A DNA stretch of 58,026 nucleotides. It comes from an uncultured Bacilli bacterium. GTDB taxonomy: Bacteria > Bacillota_I > Bacilli_A > RF39 > UBA660. Location: positions 1 through 58,026 of the forward strand of contig CAKPAL010000001.1 in NCBI GenBank assembly GCA_934132925.1. The letters are read 5' to 3'. Positions 1 through 9,556 of this stretch are shown in pieces (the stretch's first letter is position 1; each line of letters starts with the position of its first letter). The notes beneath the pieces were generated by a model. It saw only the letters and a program-made list of their open reading frames with translations, did no database searches and had not been told where the DNA came from. The position numbers were made by a program, and so were the translations under genes.

Positions 1-315
1 GTAAATTATAATTTATCTAATACTGATTTATTTATTAAACTTAATGTTGCTTATGATACTAAACTTGATAAATTAGAGAAAGTTTTAGAAAGCATTAGAG
101 AAGATGTTTTTAAAATAGAGGGAGTTACTGACTATAAACTTTTAGGTGTTGATGAACTTAGTGATTCTTCGATTGGATATATGGTGGATGTTAGTTGTAA
201 GTCTGCAGATAGATTTACCGCTAAAAGAAAATTTTTGAGATTAGTTAAGGATACTTTTGATAAAGAGGGTATTGTTATTCCGTATACTACGGTTGATATT
301 AATATTAAAAAATAA
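1..315 (+). CDS. 3' end of an MscS-family mechanosensitive-channel-like protein (partial; 5' end lies outside the window)
   Basis: Frame 1 is open from the window edge to TAA at 313-315. The translation (...KLDKLEKVLESIREDVFKIEGVTDYKLLGVDELSDSSIGYMVDV...KEGIVIPYTTVDINIKK) resembles the MscS C-terminal domain. It is absent from the ORF track because it is truncated. Confidence 0.5.
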   Translation, partial: VNYNLSNTDLFIKLNVAYDTKLDKLEKVLESIREDVFKIEGVTDYKLLGVDELSDSSIGYMVDVSCKSADRFTAKRKFLRLVKDTFDKEGIVIPYTTVDINIKK

Positions 316-908
316 TGATGGGAAGTGACTATATGGATAAGATAGATTATTTTAATGTTGAATATAATTATATAAAAGATGAAAAGAAGAGGGAAGATGC
401 TAAATATTTAGTTAGTAAGTTACCTGATTATTTCTTTGATATTCCAGCTTCTAGTACTGGTAAATACCATCCTTTATTTGCTAGTAGTGAGCATGGTCTT
501 GTTAAACATACTAAGGTAGCGGTTAGAATAGCTAAAGAACTTCTAGATAATCCTGGTCTTAATAATTTTAAGGATAATGAAAAAGATATTATAATTATGG
601 CTATTATTTTACATGATGGTTGTAAGAGCGGTGTTACACATGAGAAATATACAAGATTTGATCATCCTTTAATAGTATGTGATTTAATAAAAGAAAATAG
701 GGATAAGTTATCTCTTGATGATAGTGAATTTGATTTACTTATTAGAGTTATTTCTTCGCATATGGGAATATGGAATAAGGATTATAATGGTAATGAGGTT
801 TTACCTATTCCTAAAGATAAATATCAAAGATTTGTTCATTTATGTGATTATTTATCTAGTAAGAAATTTCTTAATGTAGATTTTGATGGTATTAATATTA
901 GAGACTAA
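315..908 (+). CDS. HD-domain phosphohydrolase
   Basis: The 197-aa ORF carries H..HTKVAV, ILHDGCKSG and SSHMGIW motifs typical of the HD superfamily. Its start overlaps the upstream stop (TAATG). Confidence 0.7.
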   Translation: MMGSDYMDKIDYFNVEYNYIKDEKKREDAKYLVSKLPDYFFDIPASSTGKYHPLFASSEHGLVKHTKVAVRIAKELLDNPGLNNFKDNEKDIIIMAIILHDGCKSGVTHEKYTRFDHPLIVCDLIKENRDKLSLDDSEFDLLIRVISSHMGIWNKDYNGNEVLPIPKDKYQRFVHLCDYLSSKKFLNVDFDGINIRD

Positions 909-927
909 TAATTTTAGTCTTTTTTTC
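902..927 (+). terminator. rho-independent terminator
   Basis: AGACTAA-taatt-TTAGTCT hairpin followed by T7. The 5' arm contains the stop codon. Confidence 0.6.
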
Positions 928-949
928 ATATTATTATTTAGGTGAGTTT

Positions 950-1936
950 ATGAAATATAGGTATTTTATTTTACCAATTATTATTATTTCGGTTATGATT
1001 TTTGTTATTGATTATGATAAGGGAATTGTTAATAAGTATGTTTTTAGTGATGATAAAGAAGTTAATTATCCTTTTTTTGGTAATGATAAAATTGATAATT
1101 ATATTAATAATTATTTAAGTAGTTATATTGATAATGATGACAATATATTTATTGATTATGATTATAGTAATGATGATAATAATTATTATCTTACTTTTTA
1201 TAAATATATTTTAAATGGTAATATTATTAATGATAGTAGTGATAATTTTGTTATAGATATGGATAATAATAGTATTAATAGAATATATGATAGTTATTAT
1301 GAGTATGATTTTATTACTAATAGTGATAGAGATGATGATAGGAAACTTATTGCTATTACTTTTGATGATGGGCCTAATTATAATACTAATAAGATACTTA
1401 ATATTTTAGAAAAATATGATGCTAAAGCTACTTTCTTTGTTCTTGGTAGTAGAATTCATGGCAATGAATATATTCTTAAGAGAATGGTTAGTGATGGTAA
1501 TGAGATTGGTAATCATACTTATAGTCATTTACTTTTAACTAAATATAAGGAAGATAAAATTAAAAGTGAAATAGATACTACTAGTGATCTTATTTTCAAA
1601 GTTACGGCGAAGAGGCCTAGATTACTTAGACCTAGTTATGGTTCTTTTAATAAGACTATTAAGAAACTAGCGGGGTCTCCTATTATTATATGGGATATTG
1701 ATACTTTAGATTGGAAATATCATAATTCTAATAGAATTAGTAAGAGGGTTATTAGTAAAGTTAAGGATGGTGATATTGTTTTGATGCATGATATTTATAG
1801 TGCAACGGCGAATGCGTTAGAGGTTATTATTCCTACTTTGAAAGATATGGGGTATGAGTTTGTTACAGTTAGTGATTTGTTTTATTATAAGGGGATTACT
1901 TTAGAAAATGGTAAAGTATATGGTTATGCTAGATAA
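950..1936 (+). CDS. polysaccharide/peptidoglycan deacetylase (NodB homology domain) with N-terminal membrane anchor
   Basis: NodB motifs are present: ITFDDGP, NEIGNHTYSH, LLRPSYG and LMHD. The N-terminus is hydrophobic. Confidence 0.85.
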   Translation: MKYRYFILPIIIISVMIFVIDYDKGIVNKYVFSDDKEVNYPFFGNDKIDNYINNYLSSYIDNDDNIFIDYDYSNDDNNYYLTFYKYILNGNIINDSSDNFVIDMDNNSINRIYDSYYEYDFITNSDRDDDRKLIAITFDDGPNYNTNKILNILEKYDAKATFFVLGSRIHGNEYILKRMVSDGNEIGNHTYSHLLLTKYKEDKIKSEIDTTSDLIFKVTAKRPRLLRPSYGSFNKTIKKLAGSPIIIWDIDTLDWKYHNSNRISKRVISKVKDGDIVLMHDIYSATANALEVIIPTLKDMGYEFVTVSDLFYYKGITLENGKVYGYAR

Positions 1937-1950
1937 TTTTTTGTTTGATA

Positions 1951-1979
1951 TTGAAAAATTATTTATTTATTGATACAAT
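1951..1979 (+). promoter_or_regulatory. sigma-A-type promoter candidate
   Basis: TTGAAA - 17 nt - TACAAT, about 20 nt upstream of a strong RBS (AGGAGGAGAG). Confidence 0.4.
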
Positions 1980-1999
1980 ATTAGGAGGAGAGTGAACTT

Positions 2000-2503
2000 A
2001 TGAAGAAAGAAAGAGAAATACCTTTTAAGAATTATATAATATTGGCATTAGTATTGATACTTACTATAATAGGGGTTATATATATTTTTATGTGGTATAG
2101 TTCTAAAGAGAAGAGTAAATTAGAACTACCTATTTTGGATGATTATATAATGTCTATTAATTATAATGAGCTTAATGATTATATAGTAGAAAATAAGGAT
2201 GCAGTAATTTATACTTCAGTGTTAAATGATATTAATATTAGATTATTTGAAAATAAGTTTAAGAATGTTATTGTTAAGAATAATTTGAATAGTAGTATAC
2301 TATATTTAGATTTGACTGATGAAATTAAGGATAATAATGTACTTTTAAATATGGAAAAGAAGTATGGAACTAAAGTAGATATTCCTTCAGTTATGGTATT
2401 TAAAGATGGTGTTTTGACTGATGTTTATAATATAAAAGAGGATAATTATAATATTAAAAAATTAGAGAAATATTTAGAGAAAGAAGTTGTAATAAATGAT
2501 TAA
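2000..2503 (+). CDS. membrane-anchored thioredoxin-fold-like protein lacking CXXC
   Basis: N-terminal TM helix. The C-terminal region (AVIYTS...IPSVMVFKDGVL) resembles a thioredoxin fold, but no cysteine pair is present. Strong RBS. Confidence 0.4.
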   Translation: MKKEREIPFKNYIILALVLILTIIGVIYIFMWYSSKEKSKLELPILDDYIMSINYNELNDYIVENKDAVIYTSVLNDINIRLFENKFKNVIVKNNLNSSILYLDLTDEIKDNNVLLNMEKKYGTKVDIPSVMVFKDGVLTDVYNIKEDNYNIKKLEKYLEKEVVIND

Positions 2504-3005
2504 TATTGTTTTATATGAACCTGAAATACCAGAGAATACTGGTAATATAATGAGAACTTGTGCAGGAACTAATAGTCATCTTCATTTGGTAGAACCACTT
2601 GGTTTTGTTATGGATGAGAAGAGAATTAAAAGAAGTGGTGTTAATTATATTGATAAGGTTAATTATCAAAGATATATTGATTATGATGATTTTAAGGAAC
2701 ATAATGATGGAGAATATTTTTACTTTACTAGATATGGGACTAAACCTTATAGTGAGATTGATTTTAGTGATAAGAATAAGAATTATTATTTAATATTTGG
2801 TAAAGAGAGTACTGGTATTCCTAAGGAAATACTTCATGATAATTTAGAGAACTGCTACCGAATACCGACAAGTGATAATATTAGGGCTCTTAATTTGTCT
2901 AATTGTGTGGCATTAATTACTTATGAGGCTTTAAGGCAGCAGGGTTTTCCTAATTTACTTATGAGTGATCCTTTTAAAGGAGAAGATTATTTAGAAAAAG
3001 AATAG
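2496..3005 (+). CDS. trmL: tRNA (cytidine/uridine-34 2'-O)-methyltransferase, SpoU/TrmL family
   Basis: YEPEIPENTGNIMRTC...LHLVEPLGF and FGKESTGIP motifs, with the length expected for TrmL/CspR. Confidence 0.85.
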   Translation: MINIVLYEPEIPENTGNIMRTCAGTNSHLHLVEPLGFVMDEKRIKRSGVNYIDKVNYQRYIDYDDFKEHNDGEYFYFTRYGTKPYSEIDFSDKNKNYYLIFGKESTGIPKEILHDNLENCYRIPTSDNIRALNLSNCVALITYEALRQQGFPNLLMSDPFKGEDYLEKE

Positions 3006-3006
3006 C

Positions 3007-3441
3007 TTATTTAATAAAGCCATTCTTTTTTAATTTATCAATAATTTTGTTTACGGATACATCGCCTTCAATTCTAGTAGCGGTTGTTTTTTCTTCACCG
3101 TCTTTAATAAATACAGTGATTGGAGTACTACCATCAAAACTAATTTTTGATGTGAAGTCTTCTAATTCTTTTTTTGTATATTTATCTACATCAGTATAGT
3201 ATATTTTGATATTGTATTTACCTGCTACTTTTTTTAGTTTAGGTTTGTAATTATTACAATGAGTACAAGTAGTTCTAGAAATACATAATACAAAACTTTC
3301 TTTATTATCTAGTTTTTCTATTATTTCGTTATAATTTAATTTTACTAAGTTATTATCCATGGTAAAGATAAAATATCCAATACCTGCTCCTATAACAAAT
3401 AAAATAATGCATATAATAATGTTCTTTTTTTTATTTTTCAT
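3007..3441 (-). CDS. membrane-anchored thioredoxin-family thiol-disulfide oxidoreductase
   Basis: N-terminal TM helix followed by a thioredoxin fold with the active-site motif C-T-H-C (SRTTCTHCNNYKP). It is the only convincing minus-strand gene in the first 37 kb. Confidence 0.75.
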   Translation of the reverse strand: MKNKKKNIIICIILFVIGAGIGYFIFTMDNNLVKLNYNEIIEKLDNKESFVLCISRTTCTHCNNYKPKLKKVAGKYNIKIYYTDVDKYTKKELEDFTSKISFDGSTPITVFIKDGEEKTTATRIEGDVSVNKIIDKLKKNGFIK

Positions 3442-3493
3442 TTAAATCACCATATTAATAATACCACTTTTTAGAGAAAAAAGCAAAAATATC

Positions 3494-3522
3494 TTCCAAT
3501 ATATTTAAAAAAATGATATAAT
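3494..3522 (+). promoter_or_regulatory. extended -10 promoter candidate for the Tad-like operon
   Basis: TGaTATAAT at 3514-3522 with a weak -35 (TTCCAA) 17 nt upstream, about 30 nt before the RBS of the first locus gene. Confidence 0.4.
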
Positions 3523-3553
3523 TTTAAGTAGTATAGAGTACGAGGTGATATAT

Positions 3554-4225
3554 ATGAATGGTGGTAAATATTTAATAATAGCATTTTTATTAGCTTTGTT
3601 TACTAATATATCTTTAGTTAAAGCAAATTGTACTAATGAGGAAATAGCAAAATTAAAAGATGAGGCTAGTAAGATAAAAGTTACTTATGAACATTTAGGT
3701 AAAGTTGATATGTATGATGAGATTAAGTATAATCTATTTAATATCGAAATTACTAATATACCTGATGATTTTTATATTAAAATATATAATGATATAGTTT
3801 ATAATCCGGTTGATGGTAAAGTTGAGAAAAAACTATCTACTGGTAAATGGGAAATAAAAGTTTATTCAAATAAATGTGAGGAACAAATCGATAAAATTAA
3901 TTTGAAGTTACCAACATTTAATATGTATTCTTTGGATCCTTTATGTGAAGGAATAGATGGTGATGATTTTCCATTATGTGGAAAATATTATGAATCAAGA
4001 GTGAGTTATGCTGACTTTGAAAAAAGAGTGAAATCATATATAGCAACACATCCAAAAAAAAATAATAATGATGTGAATAATGATGATAAAAATATATTTG
4101 AAAATGTTTTAGTTTTTTTGATTAAGTACAAGTATTATTTTGCATCTGGTACTATATTATTAGTGGTATTAATAATATTATTCTTTAGTTGGAAGAAAAG
4201 AAGAAATAGAGGTGTTTTGAAGTGA
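3554..4225 (+). CDS. secreted protein with C-terminal TM anchor and basic tail; function unknown; first gene of the Tad/T4SS locus
   Basis: I prefer the ATG at 3554 (RBS GAGGTGA) over the track GTG at 3545. Signal peptide (...SLVKA), 4 Cys, and a C-terminal hydrophobic helix followed by KKRRNRG. Confidence 0.6.
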   Translation: MNGGKYLIIAFLLALFTNISLVKANCTNEEIAKLKDEASKIKVTYEHLGKVDMYDEIKYNLFNIEITNIPDDFYIKIYNDIVYNPVDGKVEKKLSTGKWEIKVYSNKCEEQIDKINLKLPTFNMYSLDPLCEGIDGDDFPLCGKYYESRVSYADFEKRVKSYIATHPKKNNNDVNNDDKNIFENVLVFLIKYKYYFASGTILLVVLIILFFSWKKRRNRGVLK

Positions 4226-6447
4226 ATAAGAAATGGTTTGGAATATTATTGCTTTTAACATTTTTCATTTTTATGCCAAAGGTTAATGCTGATTATGGTG
4301 ATATGCGATATGAAGTTACTAATATGGTGATAGATGGCAATTATATTACATTTGAGGGATGGGCATTTATTCATAGAACACAAAATTATGTTGATTATGA
4401 TTATGCTTATGGAAATGATAATATTTTTTATAATACAGGTGGTGGACAAAGAATAAAAATTATTGCATACGCTAATGGAAGACAAATTGATGAAAAAGAG
4501 GTTACTGGTGGTGGCGATTATAATTTTTATTGTTTGATGTATCATTTTACTGAGACAAAAGATGAGTGCAGGAATGCTTATCGTGGTATTTTTGGTAATG
4601 ATGATCGTTTGCAAGGAAAAGATAATAATAAATGTAAGAGGGATGCTACTAGTAAAGAACAGTGTTTATATGAGGATATAGGTTTTGATATTACATTTGA
4701 TATATCTAATTGGAATGTTTCTGAGGCGGATAGAATAACATTCAAAATTAGTGCTTACAATTATCACTATGGCTGGACTACTCCTGTTTCTTTGGGAATT
4801 GTAAAGGGAACTGAAAATGTAAAAAATAATTCTGCTATTCAAATTGAAGAAGGTACTGTAAGTGAATATGTACAAGTATTTGCTAGTGAGGCACTGGTGA
4901 GAGATTTAGCTGGAGGATATTTTTTAGTTAATGCTGCTGGCAAATATATGGGTTCAAGTATTAATGCTACTTGTGGTTGTAGCGGGCCTCGATATAATGA
5001 GTCTTCTTGTCCTAACTGTCATTGGGTAGGTGTTAGTAGTCCAAGTGTTTATAGAGTATCTAGAATACTTGATAATGATGGTCAGTTAAATGAATTAAAT
5101 GGATTAAATCCTAGACAATATGTTGTTTATATTCCTACTACTGATATTGAAGGATCAAGAGAAGGTATTTTATGGGGATCGTGGGTTACTGCACCGACTT
5201 CTTTAGCATTAACTTTTGGTGGTAGTTCTCCTAATAATTGTGATGTGTCTATTTCTTCAAGTTGTAATAATAGTACTAATGTGATAAGCAATTGTCAATC
5301 TAAGGAGAGTGTGACCGTTACTGATTATTCTGGTAGTCCATCGATAGGCTCTAAAAAAGTTTCGGCTAGTATTAAATATAATGTAAAACAGGATATATCG
5401 ATGGCTAATATTTTGACTCCAACAACAACTTATGCTGGTGCAGGTTTTAAGTTTGGGGTAATGTATTATAATTCATTTACATGGAGTAAGGAGGAACCGA
5501 CTTATAGTTGTTCTGAATATGAAAGAGTGTTGGTGGGTTCTACTACTGAAATTGATTATTCAGCTTCTTGGGTATGTACTGGTTATAGAACAGAAGAAGG
5601 AAGAAGTGAGTGTGCTAAAACTAATCCAAGGCCTACTGTGACAGTTAATACATATGAAAATAAATGGGTAAGTTCAAGTTGTTCTTCTGGTTATGATAGT
5701 TTAAAAAGCAGAGCTCTTTCAAGCATGGAAAATTCATTTGAGGCGAAAATTAAAAAGAGTGATGACTTCGAAAATGGTATTAGTTTTGTTTCTAATGTTA
5801 ATGGGAATAATTTAGATATTTATAATAAAGAATGTAATTATGAAAGTGACTATGATAATAAAGAAATTAAGATGAGTTGTGTTTTCTATTTACCTAATTC
5901 TTCTATATCTAATTATTCTGGTAAGGTTTCTTATAATATGGGATATCGTAATAATGGTTTAAATAACAAATACTATACTCCTATTGTGTGGTCGGAAAGT
6001 GAAAATCCATATACAGTAGCAGCAGAAATAGATGGTTTAAATGGGTTAAAAGCTTCTTCTATCGGAACATGGAGTGAATGGAGTACTGATTTGTCATGTG
6101 GTATTAATTTATATCCATTACTTGGAGTACCTAAAGGAAAAAGTTATAAATATTTGTTTATATATAGACCGATTGATTTGAATAATCCATTTCCTAATAG
6201 GAATGCTGGTATGAATTGGTATGATTGGTATAATGATAGTCAAAACAAGGAAAGATTAGAAGCGTCTTATAATAGGTTACAATATGAAATAACTCTTGAT
6301 AGTAAGTTGGTTTCTGAAATTAAAAAATATAATAGCAATGAACTAAGTAATGGTGGATATTTAGATTGGAAGACAATAGATAGATTTGGTAATAGTTCAT
6401 TTGTTGATGATTATTTTAATACCAAAAGACAAAATATAGTAGAGTAG
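4222..6447 (+). CDS. large secreted Cys-rich protein (741 aa); candidate pilus-associated adhesin or tip protein
   Basis: The GTG start overlaps the upstream stop (GTGA). Signal peptide ...PKVNA. I count 18 cysteines. I recognise no family. Confidence 0.65.
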   Translation: MNKKWFGILLLLTFFIFMPKVNADYGDMRYEVTNMVIDGNYITFEGWAFIHRTQNYVDYDYAYGNDNIFYNTGGGQRIKIIAYANGRQIDEKEVTGGGDYNFYCLMYHFTETKDECRNAYRGIFGNDDRLQGKDNNKCKRDATSKEQCLYEDIGFDITFDISNWNVSEADRITFKISAYNYHYGWTTPVSLGIVKGTENVKNNSAIQIEEGTVSEYVQVFASEALVRDLAGGYFLVNAAGKYMGSSINATCGCSGPRYNESSCPNCHWVGVSSPSVYRVSRILDNDGQLNELNGLNPRQYVVYIPTTDIEGSREGILWGSWVTAPTSLALTFGGSSPNNCDVSISSSCNNSTNVISNCQSKESVTVTDYSGSPSIGSKKVSASIKYNVKQDISMANILTPTTTYAGAGFKFGVMYYNSFTWSKEEPTYSCSEYERVLVGSTTEIDYSASWVCTGYRTEEGRSECAKTNPRPTVTVNTYENKWVSSSCSSGYDSLKSRALSSMENSFEAKIKKSDDFENGISFVSNVNGNNLDIYNKECNYESDYDNKEIKMSCVFYLPNSSISNYSGKVSYNMGYRNNGLNNKYYTPIVWSESENPYTVAAEIDGLNGLKASSIGTWSEWSTDLSCGINLYPLLGVPKGKSYKYLFIYRPIDLNNPFPNRNAGMNWYDWYNDSQNKERLEASYNRLQYEITLDSKLVSEIKKYNSNELSNGGYLDWKTIDRFGNSSFVDDYFNTKRQNIVE

Positions 6448-6457
6448 GTGATAGAGA

Positions 6458-7327
6458 GTGAAATGGTCTACAGTAACCGTAGGTATTATGATTTTAGGTA
6501 TAATAGGTGTATCGATAATTCTATTATTTCAACAGATAACTACAACTAATGAAAATGATTATTACTTACTTAAAGAAATAACGGAAGCGGCAATGATTGA
6601 TTCAATAGATATTTCTTATTATAGAGAAACAGGAAAACTTAAGATAATAAGAGAGAAGTTTGTAGAGAACTTTACTAGAAGATTTTCAGAATCAACATTG
6701 ATAATAGGAACAAGTTATACGATAAAGTTTTTTGATGTAATGGAGGAACCGCCTAAGGTATCAGTGATGATAGATACTGGTATTGAAAACTATAAGATAT
6801 ATAATAATGTTGATAGTTATAAGGTATTAAATAATTTATCTGGTATTCTTGAGTATGTTGGTTCTGGTAGTGGTAAATCTAGTACTAAAGATAATCCTTA
6901 TAAAATTAATACTTATACTAAAGATTATTATGCTATAATCGAAAAAACCTCTGGTGGTTATGATAAGTGTTTACAACTTAATACACCTGATGAACTAATT
7001 TCTGGTAAATATAAGAATGTTGTAATGAAAAGTGTTGAATATCAGAGTGAAAGTTATGATCAGGGAAAAGTTAATTTTGCTATTTTACAGAGGGATATTG
7101 CATATGAAAATGCTGATAATGATTATGGATACTTTTTACCTCTTGATAATATTGAAAAAAATGTGTATAATGGTAATAGTATAAGTAAGTGTAATTGCTC
7201 ATCTTGCGGCTATAGTGGTGATTATTGTGTAAATATTACTTCTTCTGGTAGTGGTGCAAGGGATTATGCAATTATTAAATATAAAGTAACATGGCAATAT
7301 GAAGAATATAAATATAAATTAAGTTAA
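6458..7327 (+). CDS. membrane-anchored protein with a pseudopilin-like hydrophobic N-terminus; function unknown
   Basis: GTG start after AGGTGA. One N-terminal TM (TVGIMILGIIGVSIILLF), 5 Cys including a CNCSSC..C cluster near the C-terminus. Confidence 0.55.
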   Translation: MKWSTVTVGIMILGIIGVSIILLFQQITTTNENDYYLLKEITEAAMIDSIDISYYRETGKLKIIREKFVENFTRRFSESTLIIGTSYTIKFFDVMEEPPKVSVMIDTGIENYKIYNNVDSYKVLNNLSGILEYVGSGSGKSSTKDNPYKINTYTKDYYAIIEKTSGGYDKCLQLNTPDELISGKYKNVVMKSVEYQSESYDQGKVNFAILQRDIAYENADNDYGYFLPLDNIEKNVYNGNSISKCNCSSCGYSGDYCVNITSSGSGARDYAIIKYKVTWQYEEYKYKLS

Positions 7328-7343
7328 TAAAAAGGAGGAAATT

Positions 7344-8174
7344 ATGAATAACTTAAAAGCTTCGATGAAGAAATTTCTTGGTAACAAGAATACTGTTACC
7401 ATATTGGGGATAGTATTATGTTTAGTAGTACTATATGTTGGTTATAATTATCGTATTAATGCAAGGGTGGAATTGGTGGAAGTTCCTTATGCTACTAAAA
7501 CTATTCAACCAAGAACTTATATTACTCAAGATATGATAGGAACTATGAATGTGCCAAAATCGTTTTTAGTTGGTAGGTATTATAATAATGCTAATGCTAT
7601 TGTTGGTAAATATACTAATTATAATACTATTATAGCAAAGGGAAGTTTATTCTATGCTGATTTGGTTGTATCTAAAGATGAGTTACCTGATTCAGCATTT
7701 GCAGATGTACCAGAAGGGTATACTGTTGTAAACTATCCAGTTAATATTGCTACTACTTATGCTAATTCAATGGCTCCTGGTAGTTATATTAATATTTATT
7801 ATAAGTCACTTGATGATAATGGTAAGATAATGTTTGGTAAGTTTATTAGTAATATTAAGGTTCTTGATGTTAAGGATGCTTCTGGTCAACATGTATTTGA
7901 GAATAGTGAAGAAACTAGAACTCCTGCTTATATGTTATTTGCAGTACCTGAAGAGACACACTTATTATTAAGAAAAGCTTTATATTTGACTAAATATTCT
8001 GTTGAGTTAATATTAGTTCCTAATACTGCTACTTTAACTGATAGTGATAAGGTTAATGTAAGTAGTTCTGATATTGAAAGTTTTATTAATGATAAGACTG
8101 AGTTTGTTGATGTAACTGATTTACCTAATATTAGTGATCAAGTTCAAGAAAAAGACAATACAACAACTGAATAA
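7344..8174 (+). CDS. cpaB: Flp pilus assembly protein CpaB/RcpC-like
   Basis: N-terminal TM followed by a SAF-like segment (VELVEVPYATKTIQPRTYITQDMIG) and an RcpC-like C-terminal half. It sits immediately upstream of the CpaF ATPase. Confidence 0.7.
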   Translation: MNNLKASMKKFLGNKNTVTILGIVLCLVVLYVGYNYRINARVELVEVPYATKTIQPRTYITQDMIGTMNVPKSFLVGRYYNNANAIVGKYTNYNTIIAKGSLFYADLVVSKDELPDSAFADVPEGYTVVNYPVNIATTYANSMAPGSYINIYYKSLDDNGKIMFGKFISNIKVLDVKDASGQHVFENSEETRTPAYMLFAVPEETHLLLRKALYLTKYSVELILVPNTATLTDSDKVNVSSSDIESFINDKTEFVDVTDLPNISDQVQEKDNTTTE

Positions 8175-8204
8175 TTAATATATTAAGAGTAAGGAGGGCA
8201 AAAT

Positions 8205-9542
8205 ATGGATGAGATGTTTACCCAGATAGATTTTGGTCCGCTAAAACCTTTCTTGGAAAATGATGATATTACCGATATTTCTTATAGTAATAATGGTCAG
8301 GTTTGGTTAAAGAGTTTATCACAAGGTGTATATAGAGTAGAGAACACTGGTATTGATAATCCTTTAATGGAAAAGATAGCGTTTCAGTGTGCTAATACAA
8401 TGGGAAAGTCATTCAATATGGCAAATCCATTTCTAGATGCTGAATCAGCTGAATTAAGAATGAACTTCGTTCATGATTCGATAGCTAAGAATGGTATTGC
8501 AGTACTTATAAGAAAAACCCCAGCAAAAATTAGATTACAAAAAGAAAAAATAATTGCAGATGATTATATAAGACTTAATATTCATGACTTTTTACTTAAG
8601 TGTGTTGAAGGCCATTGTAACATATTAGTAAGTGGTGAAACTGGTTCAGGTAAAACAGAGTTTATTAAGTATTTGGCTGCTCATACAAAAGAAAATGAGA
8701 AAATAATAACAATAGAGGATACTTTAGAGTTACACTTAGATAAGATATTTCCTCATAGAGATATTGTGGCTATGAAGACTAATAATATTGCTTCATACTC
8801 AGATGTTCTTGTTACTTGTATGAGACAGAATCCTAGATGGATTTTATTATCCGAGGTAAGAAGTGCTGAAGCGGTTATGGCTGTTCGTAATAGTATTTCT
8901 TCAGGACATAATATTTTATCTACTATTCATGCTGATAAAGCAGAATCTATTCCTAGTAGATTATATAGTTTGCTTGAAACTAATCAGGATGTTAGTCAAT
9001 TTTTGACTACTATTCATAGATATGTTCAACTTGGTGTACATATTAAGGCTTATTATAGTCAAAAGTATAAGAATTTTCATAGGGAGGTTTCTGAAGTAGT
9101 AGAATTTTATGTTACTGATGATAATAAACCAGAATATAAGATTCTTTATAGAAAGACTCCTGATGGTCATGAGACTACTGCTAATCCTAGTAAGCATTTA
9201 TTAGACTATTTGGAAAGTCAGGGTGTAATAATGCCTCCAGATATTCTTGTTAAAGAAGAATTTAAGGATGGCAGTGTTAATAATGAGACTAATGATTTTG
9301 TGGTAGATAATAGCAGTACAGTTAGTAATACTCAGGTACCTAGTACTGCTAATGTACAAAGTAATGTTGTTAGTCAAGGTCAAAGTATTTTGAGTGGTAT
9401 TGCTAATCAATATCAGAATATGCAGTCTGGACAAGCTATGAAAAATACTGTTAATCAAAATGTTAATAGTATTCCAAATATTTATGGTGCACAGACTATA
9501 ACTCCTAGTGGAGTAAATGTGATGAGTATAAATAATAGTTAA
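8205..9542 (+). CDS. tadA: CpaF/TadA-type secretion ATPase (T2SSE/VirB11 superfamily) with a Q/N/S-rich C-terminal tail
   Basis: Walker A VSGETGSGKTEF, RQNPRWILLSEVR (Walker B region), and His box GHNILSTIHA. The last ~80 aa are low complexity. Confidence 0.9.
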   Translation: MDEMFTQIDFGPLKPFLENDDITDISYSNNGQVWLKSLSQGVYRVENTGIDNPLMEKIAFQCANTMGKSFNMANPFLDAESAELRMNFVHDSIAKNGIAVLIRKTPAKIRLQKEKIIADDYIRLNIHDFLLKCVEGHCNILVSGETGSGKTEFIKYLAAHTKENEKIITIEDTLELHLDKIFPHRDIVAMKTNNIASYSDVLVTCMRQNPRWILLSEVRSAEAVMAVRNSISSGHNILSTIHADKAESIPSRLYSLLETNQDVSQFLTTIHRYVQLGVHIKAYYSQKYKNFHREVSEVVEFYVTDDNKPEYKILYRKTPDGHETTANPSKHLLDYLESQGVIMPPDILVKEEFKDGSVNNETNDFVVDNSSTVSNTQVPSTANVQSNVVSQGQSILSGIANQYQNMQSGQAMKNTVNQNVNSIPNIYGAQTITPSGVNVMSINNS

Positions 9543-9556
9543 GGGTAGGTGATATA

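Noticed and set aside
4054-4062. A9 run inside the 3554 ORF, with similar A8-A9 runs at about 48158 and 54688, as phase-variation tracts.
   Set aside because: A/T homopolymers of this length are expected by composition in such AT-rich DNA. Unlike the G10 tract, they are not statistically striking.
8205-9542. Reading the CpaF-like ATPase as the VirB11 of the T4SS instead of a Tad motor.
   Set aside because: It is embedded between a CpaB-like gene and two T2SSF-type platform genes, followed by flp/tadE/tadZ-like ORFs. This is the Tad context. Gram-positive T4SSs normally lack VirB11.
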